Shown piece after piece: positions 37,098 to 54,641 of a stretch of 64,000 bases of DNA. The notes below the pieces were generated by a model. That model did no database searches. It saw only the letters and a program-made list of their open reading frames with translations, and was not told where the DNA came from. The first letter of the stretch is position 1; each line of letters starts with the position of its first letter. Source of the stretch: Macrostomum hystrix (lineage: Eukaryota > Animalia > Platyhelminthes); assembly GCA_950097015.1 (NCBI GenBank), contig CATNEN010000013.1, positions 62,001 through 126,000 of the forward strand. The letters are read 5' to 3'. Position numbers and translations under genes: made by a program.

Positions 37098-39152
37098 TCA
37101 CTCATTGGCGGCGGCAGCCAGGCTGGGATCCAGTGCAGCTCCGGACCAATGCATTTGAGCCTGCATCAGGGCTTCCTGAATCTCCTTGACACAGCGGACC
37201 CGATTTAGCCAGCGCTGCAGCTCCTCAACAGGCAGTCCGGCTGGGCTTTCAGCGCTTTCAGCGGCGCCCCGATACCAGATGGTGTCATCCGGGTTGGCGT
37301 TCCTGTTATTGCATAACGAGAAAAAAATAAATTTATTTCTAATCCGAATCGAGCTACGCCACACCGCTAGTGTTTCAGCTACGCCGCCTCACGAATAAGA
37401 AGAGGTGGCGACTGGAGTTTGATTGAAATATCGCGCAACAAAAGTTGAGCCTGTGTCAGAATGTTTCCTGAATCCATAACTGCGTTACGGCGCAGCAAAA
37501 ATTACTAATTGTGAAAAGACTACGATAGAAGCCGACATTTGAATTACTTGCCTATCAGTAGGCAGGTAGAACGGTTCATCCCGGCCAGTTAGCAGTGGCC
37601 GCTTAGCCAAGTAGACTTGAAACAGGCGCACCGGACACTTGGTAGGATCCGCTAGCTCGCCTAATTCGTACGTCATGCCGACAGCGTAGCCGGACCGAGG
37701 TGTGAAGCGCAGGACGGCGCCGGCCACTCCGGCGGCAGAAGGAGCCAAAGCGAACTGGCCTAGGGTGAGTTCGGCGTGCTCCTGGGCCGTGTGCAGGCCG
37801 ACATAGCGGGTGAGAATGTAGAACAGGGCGAACAGCAGCGCGTCTGGGCTGTGACAGCCGAGCTGGCGGCACTCCCACAGGTGCTGCTCCTCGATGCGGC
37901 AGACCAGGGTTCCATCGTCGGCCACACGGGCCGCGTAGCGATCCAAGATGACGTCGAGAGCGGCGGAGAAATCAGCGAATGCCGGATCGCAGAAGATGTT
38001 TTCGTCGCGGGCCTGATCAATAGCCAGATGGCCCTGTAGGCCTAGGCACAGATAGTACACAGAGTCGGCTGCGTACTCTTCTCCGCTGGGCTTGCGAACT
38101 TCGCGCACAAAACGGGCCAGAGCATCGGCGAGATTTGTCGCGTCAGTCAGTTCGGCAGGATCAGCTGGAGGGCCGGATCCGCTTTCATCGCTTGCCGCTG
38201 CGGCAGACACAGAGCGGCTCCAGTTTTTCCAGGCAGTCAGGCCGTAGGAGAACTTCAAGCTGAGCTGTTGCTGTTGCTGCTGCGGCTGTAGCAGTTGATG
38301 CGACTGGCTCCTGGCAAGGGCCACTAGAGCCGCCGCGTCCGCCGCTAGTCGGCGCTGAATTGAAGCCAGCGAAGCCAAATCAGCGGCGGCTATAGAAGCG
38401 GCTTCGATTCCTCTTCCAGCGGCCGAGGCAAGCGAGGCAGCAGCGCCGCTGGCACTAATCGGCTGCGGTCCGGAAGAGCCAATCGGCTGCAGGGCCAGGT
38501 GCGGCGGCTGCTCGGGATCCGGGAACTCTAGCAAGAGAAACACCGGCACAGGTACCGGGATAGGAACAAAGATCGGAATGGGAATAGGATCTGGCGGCAG
38601 CGGCGCCGGTGCGGGAAAGTACAGAGGCAATGGGCAGGGCAGCAGGCCGGCGGCGCCGTCACCGTATAGAGCCGCCTCGGCGTTGACAGCCGCCTGAACA
38701 GCGACGTCGGACTGAGCAGGCTTGGCCTGGAGTTGCCTGCTGACTGGCGCCGGTCTGCATTGCGTAATCTTGTTGCACAATGGCAGCGGCGCCAGCGGTT
38801 GAATCATGGCGTGCTGCTCGATTCCTAGCTGCCTCAGCATCTCAATAGGCACGTTCGGGAAGGTCGTACCCCGATTACTGGCTGTCAAGCGCTGATTCGA
38901 TCGCTGCCGCTGTTGCTGCTGCTGTTGTTGGCTTTGCGCCTGAGTACCTTCTGCGTCTGCGCCGTTAACGCTGGCAAGCATTGATTCCTCAGTGACTTCT
39001 GTAATGTCACCGACGACGTGAGTTGCCGCCGAGGCGGCCTCGGCTGCCGCCGCTGCGACTGCGGCTGCTCCAGCAGCAGCCTCGTCCTGCTGCAGCTGAC
39101 GCTGTTGCTGCCGAGACGCGAACACGACGCGTATACTGTCCGTTGTTGACAT
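37098..39152 (-). CDS. ZMYM/QRICH1/woc-like protein with a C-terminal DUF3504 (Crypton recombinase-derived) domain
   Basis: Exons 39152-37552 and 37302-37098 (GC-AG intron). Contains the Pro-rich PIPIPIFVPIPVPVPVF motif, FSYGLTAWKNW, LARFVREVRKPSGEEYAADSVYYLCLGLQ, ENIFCDP, HLWECRQLGCHSPDALL, KCPVRLFQVYLAKRP and FYL....D-IWY, as in ZMYM2/3/4 and QRICH1. Confidence 0.85.
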
Positions 39153-39930
39153 TAGCTGATCAGCTGCAGAGGAATGGGCGGTTCCAATTATAATCGAAGC
39201 ATTACTATCCTATGCACTATCCCTGGATACAAAGAAAAACTTGTTTATCGCGGAAATAATTATAAAAAGGCTTTTCTTTTAGTTTCGACTGAAATTAACA
39301 ACTACGCAAGTTTTTTTATTTTTCGCGTTGGAATTCCGAGTTTATTATTTTCCTTTAAAATAAATTTATTAAATTGTACGAAAAGTTGCCTTTCTCAGAT
39401 TAAAGTTGCATAAAACAGCTTACAACAATTGTGGTACCAGTAGTAGTATATAGCGAGTCATGCGAAAAACCGGTCTGAATGCACAATTAATTAGTTAAAA
39501 ACTGTACTTGACTGCTGGCCGAAGTATTTGGCCAATTCATCCAATGAGACTAATTGGGTCAACAATGGAGACTAATTGTGCTACTTTAAAAAACGCTTGG
39601 CATAAAAGTTTCAACAGACAACGATGGGAGATAATTGAAATGTATAAAAATAGATGGGCTTTTCAATGCAACGCAACGATACGCAATGAGCAGACGCTAC
39701 TAAAGTATTTGGTATGCTGAAAAGGGAGCTTGGCCATGCAACACTGGCTGCACTGTTGCATCAAATCGTTTGTACTATAATTGCTAGTTAATTCAGTGCA
39801 GTTACACACAATATTATATAAACAGACTGGGCAGGGCATGCTGTGTGTGTTAGCTGAATGCACTTTGTTTAATTATAAAATAAATTTAATGGAGTTTATA
39901 AATAGGATAATGCGAACAAGCGATGCTGCT

Positions 39931-41738
<1,808 letters not shown>

Positions 41739-42162
41739 CTAGTGCATTAGACATCTTGCTTGATACCAAAACCTAAATATAAACTCTGTGTCATTAAAAA
41801 ACTACAAAAATATAAAGAAAACAACTTACTAAATAGGCACTCAGAAGAGCAACAATTCTAAATGTATTTTTTCACATAGTCTATTCTACGATTCGCTTCG
41901 ATTCAATAACTGCAGCGAGCAAAAAATAAATGGGAAATAAGAGCGTTACTGGGCGCAATTGATAGCTGCTACTATCGAATCTGTTGGCCATCCGGTGCAA
42001 ATCTCTTCTAGGACACTCGGGCTGAATAAGGAGCAGATTATCATAGTAATTACATAGGTGGACACATTTAAGGCATGCATAGTAAAGTACAGGTTGTACA
42101 AAGGACATAAAAACTGTTTAGACTTTCATAAAAAATCTCAGGAATCATTCTATCTTCAGTGC

Positions 42163-43877
<1,715 letters not shown>

Positions 43878-46800
43878 CTGTGTGTGTCATGGGTATTAAG
43901 ATGTATCTTTGTTTTCTTCCCTTGTAAGCTTCTTACAGTTTATTGCTCAAAAAGAAGTGGTCTTTAAAGTTATTTTGTTCCTCTACATTTAAGATCCTCA
44001 TTCTTGATTTATTATCTATCGTTAAATCATTTTTGTTTTTTTATGGGATGCATGGCTAGAGAAGTCCACAATAATAATTAAGTTTGCATGCATGCCTTAG
44101 TAAAAAATCTGTTCGGCTTTAACTAATTAATATGTTTGAAGGCAAAGCATAAACATAAAGCATAAAGGTGAATTATACATATCCTAATCCGGTCAGTAAA
44201 AATATGAAATATGTGACAAAGATTATTAAACATGACACAAAAGGCATTACATCATAAATATAACATTTATACTTTGTAGGGTTCTGCTATTGCTAGCGTA
44301 AAGCCAAAAAAAGAGCTAAACTAATAACTTGATTATATACTCGTACATTACCGTTTTTAGCTCTTTAGTTTTGAATATGTTGATGCAAATTTGATGCTAC
44401 CTCACCAGCATATTATCCATGTTATAAACACTTCTTTTGTAAAAGTGCAATATCCAAAACATGATAGGCAAACAAGAATGGGCATGACAACATTGAACAA
44501 CATTTTATAGACCAACTAGTGTTATAGCCACATTTACATTAGCATATTTATAATTATTCCTAGATACTTGTATTTTTAATGGCTAGTTAAAGCCAATACT
44601 TATTGACTTAAATTTCCTATCTGCGTCTGTAGCAATACCCTAATATGAGTACTAGGCTAGCTCCCAGTGTAGTATCAGTATCTTTTGGAATTACAAAGTG
44701 CATAGTCAATTGTTATTGTTAAGGTAGCATAGTGAGAGTTCTAGCTCTGCTAGTTTATTTAGTCTTTTTTAGTCTATTGAGCTAGATTTTTAGTCTAGCT
44801 CAATAATTAAAGGTCAGAAATTTAAGGCCAGCCAAGTGTAGAGTGGCAAACCACACCACCACCTCTACCCTAGGCTGTAGACCATGGTAAAAAACAGCAG
44901 CAGTAAAAAGAAGAGTTGTGAAGATGGCAAGAATGATATTATAACTGAATTTGAAGTCTAGTTTGACTTAATCTTAAAGGATTTGCAACCATCAGAAGCA
45001 GAGTATGCATAAAGTACTAAATCAAACAAGTAATTATAGAAGTGTTTAAGGTTGTTTGAATCATGGCCAAAGCTGCACAGAGACAACAAAAGCACTACTA
45101 TGACCACAAAGTCAATAAGATATGTTTGCAAATGACATCCTAGCCTGGTTCTATATGCCTCTGGAGGGCCTGAGACAGCATGAGCCAAGGTAGCCACACA
45201 AGCATCATACACCTTGGGACCAAATGAGCTATCTGATGGCTCTATCCCCTGTGACATACAAGGTCATGTGGTGCAAGCATGAGTAGAACATGGGCTAGAA
45301 AAAATTGTACATGTCAAGAAGCTCAAACTGGGTCTCTAGACTTGAAGTTGTGTTCAACAGTGCTTCAAAGTTCTTTCAACAATGGTAGATCTGCTCAAGG
45401 CAAATTTTTGATACAAGGGGTGCTAGCTAGGATAGTGATCACTTAGACACTAATTTCTACTGAGACTTTGTTCTGAGAGCAGAAAATAAATCCATGCAAT
45501 GGAAAGTTTTGAATTGGTTGATGCAAAGGAGTTTAACTGCATGCTAGAGGCTATGAAGATTGATCTGCCAGGTCTGTGAGGGCCAGTTTGAAGAAGCAAT
45601 GGCAGGTTCACTAATTGTTGGTGAATAACAAGAAGTGCAGCAGCTAGAGACTCTATTGTGCCAGTGCACCTAGCCATATCAGGCCAATTTGCAAAGCCTG
45701 CTGCATTGTCATGAAAAGCAACATCTTCTACACCTAGACCTGTGCCACAAAAGAAGAATATGATGACACTGTCAAAGTAAATGGTTCTGGAATAGGAAAT
45801 GGATCATAAAAACCTGTTGTGGATGCAAGTGGGTATAGCTGTAACTATTCTTACTGCAACCCTAGTCTAGCCAGCCATCTAACAAAAGCAAATATAAGCT
45901 TTTGAGCAAACTTTGAGCAAAGTTAGCTTGAGCAAATAAACCAAAATTTATTAAAACAATAAAAAATAATAGTTTGTTCAACTGCACCAATTGTTATATT
46001 GCACCTAAAAAGCCAATCTCCATTTTGCCATATAAATAGGAGCACTGAATGGAAGAGTAACAAACATTTGCAACTATGGAATGTTCCAGTAAAATATTAA
46101 GCAAGTTGGACTCAGTAAATTTGATAAAGATCTAATAGCTAGAAATTGTGAGAACACACAAAATTTCATATCGAAATAATAACTAAAAGGTTGAATCTAA
46201 TTGAAGTAGGCCTATAGAATATATAAGAAGTGTTGTACTGGTTGATAAATTAGTAGAATTCATATTATTTGAAAAGAGCCTTACAACTGTTATTAGTCTA
46301 AAATCTGATAGCCTAAAATTGCAATAGATCTAGCTGCCAATTTCAATAAACTAGCTAGGCTATTGCAATAGCAGCCTAGGCTGGTAGGCCTAATCTAGCT
46401 TTTTTATTTTGTGGTCCAAATAGATCACAGCTTTATAATATTAATAGTGATGTGTCATAAGCTCAAGGTAATTATTTCAAATTCTTATTTTTATAAGTCA
46501 ATAAAATGCACTTTGGAAGGCTCACCTCTGCACTTTGCTCATTCCAAATGGCAGAGCTTATTCTTGCTGAAGACATTTTTTATTTTGATTGATACTTTTA
46601 ATATAAATTTTAAAAGATGTGAAAGTCAAGGACAAGGAAGATATCAAAGAAGTGTAAGATACAGTTTAAAATGTCAACGAAGTAATATTTACGAATACAC
46701 AATTTGAACGTAATAAGCGTAACGCAAGATCTTCAACACTTTAGCTTAAAAAGTGAGTCAAGTTTAAAAAGCTAATCTTTATTTGAAAAAAATATTTTGA

Positions 46801-47312
46801 GGCTTTTTGAAAACTAACCGATTTTTGTCATTTTAAACTAAATATGTTTATAGCCACTAAGACGTTTGAATTTCGCAAAAGATGCTTGCTGATCAAAAGA
46901 CCTTTACATTTTTTATTAATAAAAATGTTAACGAACTTAGTCTCGGTTTGGAAAATAATCTTGGCTTTAAAGTTGTCGTTGTGACATGATGAGATTAACG
47001 TGATGTGAATATACTATTCAAGATTTTAGGTTAGAAATTCACCGTTCCTCTTAACTTATGAATGTCTGCTTAGAATTTTAAAGTTCTCCGTGAATCTGAA
47101 TAATCTGTTGTATTTTTCAAGCTATAATGTTTTTTGAAATAGTAATATATATTATTTTGTAGATTATTTCCTTTTCTTACAATTTTACATTCGGTATATT
47201 AGATTCAATAGATTTGGTATATCGATTGCTCCCTGCTTAGTCTCACGCTGGCGTAACATTCAGGAGCAAAAATTATTAGTTTAAACAAAAAGGTCTAGCC
47301 ATAAAATTTAAA

Positions 47313-50300
47313 ATGATTCACAGCATTTTTGTAATTAACAACTCTGGGTAAGTTATTTTTATAGTTATTATTCTTTTTTAGCTAAGTTGTCATTACCTAC
47401 ATGGCTACAAGAGCCTCTAAAGGTATTTCTCATCTTAGAAGTACAAAGAAAGTGTAAGGTCTGGTTCAGTTTTTACTAATTTGCTACTTTCAATTTTTAA
47501 CACTTTCTTATACAATTTTCTGATGTAAACTGTTACTGCAAGTTGAATTTGTGTGGGTATTCTGCTTAAGTATTGTATTGTTCTTTATAGCTACACTAGC
47601 TTCAATCACAAGGTAGACAAATAAATATTTTTATCTATATGAGGCCTTCTTATTCTGTGAATTGATTTTTGCTTAGAATCAATGTCATAACTATTTTAAA
47701 GTCAAAACTTTAGCAACAATCAGCAAATCATTTCCACAGAGTGTAATTTAATGCCTCTATTTTTGGAAAATACCTAAAATACACCTCAAAAGTTTACTTT
47801 CTTCTCTAAAATGGTATAAGCTATCTCCTAGTTAGCAAATCAGGCTTATTTTACCTTTTTGGCAGACTTCCACATAAGATGTAAATTTTTTATAGCTAGA
47901 AAAATTTCCCACAATTGGAGGCTATGCAGAATTTTGATCAGTGCATAAATTTCCATTTTGTTGTTCTCCTTTGGTATGTTAAGTTGTTCAAATAATTTTA
48001 AACCCTATGACCTGATTATAGATTTTTTTGCTGAAGATCAGATCCTAAATTAATATTTTGATATAAAATTTTAAGTTAATACTTTATATAGATGTATTTG
48101 TTTCTTTCTTTAGTGACATTTTCTTGGAGAAGCACTACAAGCGTGTCATTCCAAAATCTGTATGCGATTATTTCTTTGAAGAAGTTACAAAGGTGAGTCC
48201 TTAATTTACATTGAAATACGTTTTTGTGAATTCGTAAAAGACATGTGACATATATGTTATATCTATAACATTTGGATATTTTTTGATTGCTTAGCCTTTT
48301 GTTAAGCAACTCTATAAGACTTAAAGATTTTGCTGTCTATCTATTTTCAGACATCCACGCCGGAGAATGTTCCGCCGGTGATTCAGACGCCAAATCACAT
48401 ACTGATTAGCATCTTTCGGGCCCAGGTGCACTTTGTTGCCGTCTGCAAAAGCGAAGTGCCGCCACTTTTTGTAATTGAATTTCTGCACCGCCTGGCCGAT
48501 ATAATTAAAGACTACTTCGATGAGGTTTCTGAGTCGACTATAAAGGACAATGTCGTTATTGTCTATGAGGTGAGAGAATTGAAGAGGTCTATAAATTAGG
48601 AGCTTGGCTACATGTGAGCTCCAAGCCACGCAGCTTGTGGGAAGCATGTCCGTGAACTTGGCCATGACCGTGAACTTGACGCCACCCCTCCTTGACTATT
48701 TGAGGTCTGCAAGTAGCGTGTTATTACCATTATTGCGGTTCGATTTCGTTAGAGCCTGACTGTTATATTCGCATCCATAGCTAGAAGTTCAAAAGAGAAA
48801 GTGAAGCCTAACCTACCGTAGTTACCTGGGAGTCAGTGATAGCCTAACCTGCCGTAGTTACCTGGGAGTCAGTGATAGCCTAACCTACCGTAGTTACCTG
48901 GGAGTCAGTGATAGCCTAACCTAACGTAGTTACCTGGGAGTCAGTGACTGCCTAACCTAACCTAGTAACCAGGGAGTCAGTGACTGCCTATCCTACCGCA
49001 GTTACCTGGGAGTCAGTAATAGCCTAAACTACCGCAGTTACCTAAGAGTCAGTGACTGCCTAACCTGCCGTAGTTACCTGGGAGTCAGTGACTGCCTAAC
49101 CTAGCGTAGTTACTTGGACGACCCTGACACTAAGAGTGCCGATAGTATTTTATTTTGTGATAACGTGCTAACCGCCCAGTCACTCTGATTTACATCTAAA
49201 CCATTGAAAAGCTCCTAGACGAAGTGCTAGACAATGGATTCCCGCTAGCCACCGAGCCCAACATCCTCAAGGAGCTGATTCGGCCGCCCAACCTGCTTCG
49301 CAGCCTGGCTGACACAATGTCCGGCCGCAACTCCACAGTGTCAGTTACCCTACCAACCGGCCAGCTATCCAACATACCCTGGCGTCGCAGTGGCGTCAAG
49401 TACGCCAACAATGAAGCCTACTTTGACATTGTTGAAGAGCTGGACGCTATAATTGACAGGTCTGGCGGCACAGTTTCCGCCGAGGTGCACGGCAGCATTG
49501 ACTGTCTAATTAAGCTGTCCGGAGTGCCAGATCTAACTCTCAGCTTTGTGAATTCTCGCCTCATCGAGGATGCCAGCCTGCATCCGTGCGTGCGGCACAG
49601 TCGCTTCGAAGCTGAACGCTTATTGAGTTTTGTGCCGCCAGACGGTAGCTTCCGGCTGATGGGCTATAGGGCTAGTTGCCATGGCAACCTGCCAGTGCCA
49701 ATCGATTTGCGCCATTCGATCAGCTTTAAACAGACCGGTGAGTAAATATTTTGCATAAGTTATAGATTAGGTATGTTGTTGCCAGTGGTGGAATCACGAC
49801 TTGAAGGTCGGCGGTTCGATTCCCGACTCCTATGGTACAATTTGTTTCCTTCATCAAAATTGAGGGTGTGTGTGGCGTCCGATCAGTCCATGGACTGAAA
49901 AGCCGTACGCAGGCTTGGCTGCGCCGCGCAAGGGCTGCAGTGCTGCCGGCTGCCCGGTTGAGGCAGATGTAATCAATTATTTTTTTAGTAATTTAGTGCT
50001 CGCAATTTAGCTGTGAGGTCTGGAGCTCGAATCTCAGACAGTCGAAAGAAATCATTTTCTTGAGCAAGAGTTCAGTTCGTCGAATTGTAAAATGGTATAT
50101 TGGTTTGCCTGCCTTTAGTGCGGGTTGTATTGCGCGGGCCGGTCATTCAATCGAAGGGGGCCGCGACCGAAGCCACAGCTACGATAGAACTCAGTTTTTT
50201 TATTTCTTCAAACTCATTCGGTCGTCTCTCAGGAGGTAGTGGCGGCCGCCTGGACCTGACAGTCACGCCCAGACCGCCTTCGGGTCGTCAGCTAGAGGAA

Positions 50301-52262
50301 CTGGTGCTGACTATCCCGATGCCGCGCGCAGTGTCCGGCGTCAGCCTGGCGGCCAGCGTCGGCAAGTACAGCTTCGACGGCGCCAGCCGAACCCTGGTGT
50401 GGAATGTGGGCCGGACCGACGCCCAGAAGGGCGTTGCTCCGCTCAGTCTGCGTGGAACGGTGAGAAAAAAGTCTTTATGTTGCGAATACTTTTTTGTTTG
50501 CCCCGATGCTTTCAAACTGGCTTAACCTTAGCTTCAGGTCTGAGTTTCACTTTAACCCTTCTGCTGCTTCTGCTTCTTTCATCCTTTAGGACTGTTACTT
50601 TGATCCTTTAGGACAGATTATTTGATAGTTCAGGACAGTTTATTTGATAGTTCAGGGCTGTTCCTCCGATACTTCAGGACTGTTCTGCTGATACTTCAGG
50701 ACTGTTCTTCTGATACTTCAGGACAGATTATTTGATAGTTCAGGACTGTTCCTCCGATACTTCAGGACTGTTCCTCTGATACTTAGGACTATTCTTCTGA
50801 TACTTCAGGACTGTTCCTCTGATACTTCAGGACAGATTATTTGATAGTTCAGGACTGTTCCTCCGATACTTCAGGACTGTTCCTCTGATACTTCAGGACT
50901 ATTCTTCTGATACTTCAGGACTGTTCCTCTGATACTTCAGGACTGTTCCTCTGATACTTCAGGACTGTTCCTCTGATACTTCAGGACTGTTCCTCTGATA
51001 CTTCAGGACTGTTCCTCTGATACTTCAGGACTGTTCCTCTGATACTTCAGGACTGTTCCTCTGATACTTCAGGAATGTTCCTCTGATACTTCAGGACTGT
51101 TCTTCTGATACTTCAGGACTGTTCCTCTGATACTTCAGGACTGTTCCTCTGATACTTCAGGACTGTTCCTCTGATACTTCAGGACTGTTCTTCTGATACT
51201 TCAGGACTGTTCCTCTGATACTTCAGGACTGTTCCTCTGATACTTCAGGACTGTTCCTCTGATACTTCAGGACTATTCCTCTGATACTTCAGGACTGTTC
51301 CTCTGATACTTCAGGAATGTTCCTCTGATACTTCAGGAATGTTCCTCTGATCCTCCCTGAATCTTTAATAACCTATGTCCGTTGGATCATTGATTTCTTT
51401 CAGCTCTTAATCCAAACCGGAGCTCAGGTGCCTGATTGTCGGCCAAGCATTCTAGTCAGTTTCAGCATCACCGGCTGGACCATCTCCGGCTTGAAGGTCA
51501 ACCGGCTAGATTTGCACGGCGAGGTGAGCTCTCTTGGTATCATTATTTTATTTTTATTTGCCTTTCGTTATGCGCTTCATCGATGAGCTACTTACAGTAG
51601 TATGAAATTAATAATTTTCGTGGTTACCTACAGAGCAAGCCGGTACTGCATCAGAACACTTCGGTAGGCGCGCTATATTTTTGTGGCCTTTGTAGTCTCA
51701 TTTTCCTCCGCTTCTAACTGCTTACTTGCGTCCTTATAAGTTATCGATTGATTATTGTTGCTCCATTACATTCATTTAGAGCTTTACAAGCAGATAAGGA
51801 TTTCTTAACTATTCGATTTCTTTAAAACTTGTATCCGGTGCTGTTTTCGGTTGATGACTTTCATTGTTTCATTTACTAATTTTTACGAAGTGAAACGATT
51901 AGCGGCGTGTCCTAATGTTACTTTAACTATTGGAAACAATGGCTTTTATCTAATCCAGATTGCACGATCAAAGTTTAATGTGTACTTTGGGGAGAGCTTT
52001 GAACTTCTGACAGAGGGGTCGGGCGTTCGAAACTCATTCCAGATAGTGAAATTTAAATGGGCGTGTCTTCCCGCAGTCCACGGACTGACCAGTGTTGTAC
52101 ACAGCTCACAATAACTGCCGCTGTGCCACTGGCCTATGTGTGTCTTTCCTTATTCTATTCTATTGGTTCCACCCAAACATATCCGTCGAATTTCAGAAGT
52201 ACAAACCGTTCAAAGGTGTGAAATATGTGACCAAAGCTGGCAAGCTGGAGTTCAGGACATGA
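47313..52262 (+). CDS. AP3M1: AP-3 complex subunit mu
   Basis: Exons 47313-47347, 48114-48192, 48351-48569, 49212-49737, 50233-50459, 51404-51523 and 52197-52262, all phase-consistent. MIHSIFVINNSGDIFLEKH, VPPLFVIEFLHR, LDNGFPLATE, IPWRRSGVKYANNEAYFD, ISGLKVNRLD and KYKPFKGVKYVTKAG. Confidence 0.96.
48806..49115. repeat. 36-bp minisatellite, ~8.5 copies, in AP3M1 intron 3
   Basis: Unit gcctaacctaccgtagttacctgggagtcagtgata. Confidence 0.95.
49778..49978 (+). mobile_element. Second tRNA-related SINE-like element (AP3M1 intron 4)
   Basis: ccagtggtggaatcacgacttgaaggtcggcggttcgattccc with B-box GGTTCGATTCC. The core tcacgacttgaaggtcg recurs inverted at about 473-510. Confidence 0.45.
50588..51350. 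repeat. 22-bp minisatellite, ~34 copies, in AP3M1 intron 5
   Basis: Unit ggactgttcctctgatacttca, with interspersed ggacagattatttgatagttca variants. Confidence 0.97.
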
Positions 52263-52789
52263 GATTAGCAGCAGCAGCAGCAGCAGCAGCAGCGGTACCA
52301 TTGTGCAGCATTGGTACAATGTTCTGTATTTTATGTTGTAACTCTTTAACATGCGCCTAAATATTATCTTGTCATTAAACCATTTTTAAAGTGCCTTTCA
52401 AACGCCTCTTTTAATTATTTTCGTGGATACAGAGTTGATTAGATCTGATTAATAAATTCTGTTGTCAAAATGCAGTTATGGTGCTGATTAACACATGTTG
52501 TGCATCTATTTATATTTGTATCTGATTATTTTCCTTATACTCCTATACAAGTATGTGCCTCTTAATTGTTTCATTTCCAAAACTCCAAGCAAAATATTTT
52601 ATTTCCTTCTTTATATATATTCCTCTTACATTGTCTAAATTTTCCTGTGGTGAATATGGCTTTCTTTTTTTGTTTGATTTTCTCTTTTTCTCTTAATGCG
52701 TCTTATTTACTGCATATATTTTTATTTCCAAACACTAATTGCACATTTCCACATATTGTGATATTTCTTCTGTCGGATATTTCCTCCCT

Positions 52790-53665
52790 CCAGTGTGTGG
52801 GATATGATCTCTCCCTTCAGTGTGTGGGATATGATCTCTCTATCCAGTGTGTGGGATATGATCTCTCCCTTCAGTGTGTGGGATATTATCTCTCCCTCCA
52901 GTGTGTGGGATATGATCTCTCCCTTCAGTGTGTGGGATATGATCTCCTTTATCCAGTGTGTGGGATATTATCTCCTTTATCCAGTGTGTGGGATATTATC
53001 TCCTTTATCCAGTGTGTGGGATATGATCTCTCCCTCCAGTGTGTGGGATATGATCTCTCCCTTCAGTGTGTGGGATATGATCTCCTTTATCCAGTGTGTG
53101 GGATATGATCTCCTTTATCCAGTGTGTGGGATATTATCTCCTTTATCCAGTGTGTGGGATATTATCTCCTTTATCCAGTGTGTGGGGTATGATCTCTCCC
53201 TCCAGTGTGTGGGATATTATCTCCTCCATCCAGTGTGTGGGATATTATCTCTCCCTTCAGTGTGTTGGATATGATCTCTCCCTTCAGTGTGTGGGATATT
53301 ATCTCCTTTATCCAGTGTGTGGGATATGATCTCTCCCTTCAGTGTGTGGGATATTATCTCCTTTATCCAGTGTGTGGGATATGATCTCTCCCTTCAGTGT
53401 GTGGGATATTATCTCCTTTATCCAGTGTGTGGGATATGATCTCTCCCTTCAGTGTGTGGGATATGATCTCTCCCTTCAGTGTGTAGGATATTATCTCTCC
53501 CTTCAGTGTGTGGGATATGATCTCTCCCTTCAGTGTGTGGGATATGATCTCTCCCTTCAGTGTGTGGGATATGATCTCTCCCTTCAGTGTGTGGGATATG
53601 ATCTCTCCCTTCAGTGTGTGGGATATTATCTCTCCCTTCAGTGTGTGGGATATAATTCTCTTCAG
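52790..53665. repeat. 27/28-bp minisatellite, ~32 copies, between the AP3M1 and Enkurin 3' ends
   Basis: Units cagtgtgtgggatatgatctctccctt and ccagtgtgtgggatattatctcctttat. Confidence 0.97.
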
Positions 53666-54641
53666 CTTGTGGGATCTCCGCTTAAAAAATCCTGAAATGT
53701 ACTATAGTTATCATTCATTAAGCATTCATATTTTTAAAGAAACTGTTTTGTCTTTTTTGTCCAAGTGATATATATTTCTCTTTCCTATTATATATGCTGC
53801 GTTTTATTTCGTTTTTCGCCTATCTCAGCTGTCTTCATTTTATATTTTGCACTTTATAGCTAAATTCTGCGCTCTATGCTTTTATGTTGTCAGTCAGTAG
53901 CCAGTTTTTTGAGAAAACAAAAATAAACAGGTTGACCTGGGAAGAACTATTATTTGATCATTGCTTTGATCGCCGTAATGGAAATACATGATAAAGAAAA
54001 TAGAAATAATATTCGTTTTGTTTAATAAAACCTTTCTTCATGTACTTTTATTTTCGATTTCATAATAATTTATATTTAACATACAAGAAAATGTAGCATG
54101 TGAAATCATGTTCTGTATATAGTGCCGTTTTAGAGGATAACTGTTGTATTTTGCAGCAGGCCACACCCACTATATAGCAAGACAACGAGCTACAGCTGCC
54201 CCCTTCGCATTGTTTATGCAGAATTTTAGCACTGGAACAATTCTTAGAAAACCCAGTAAAAGATTCACAAGGGAAATTCACTCTTTGAAAATCGTAACGA
54301 AGAAAGGCTCTCGCCATAAGAGCGAAAGTATCGATAGATTATATGTACTTTCAGGGATTTCTAGAGGCGAACGCGTGCAGACGCTCAAACCCAGCTCAAG
54401 TGAGTAGTGAGCTTACAATACTCGTACTCAGATGACGAAAATAACCAGACGAAAAAATCGGAGCCTATGCCTTTGAACAGATTATTAAAGTACAGAAAGT
54501 TAAGTCGGACATATTCTAAGAAACGTGCCAATTGATATCGGCCAGTCCGATTCAATTCTGGCGTCTGTTTGTTGCCCATTAGCGTAACTAGAGAAAATTA
54601 ATTTCGAACAAAATAAATCAAGAGTTGTGTCCGGGGCGGTG

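Noticed and set aside
44764-44795. 12-bp hairpin tattgagctaga/tctagctcaata in the PSMC3-AP3M1 divergent region
   Set aside because: It is too short for a miRNA precursor and plausible by chance in AT-rich DNA.
48806-49115. 36-bp repeat array of CRISPR-like repeat length
   Set aside because: The units are head-to-tail with no unique spacers, there are no cas genes, and the array lies in a eukaryotic intron. The same applies to the other arrays.
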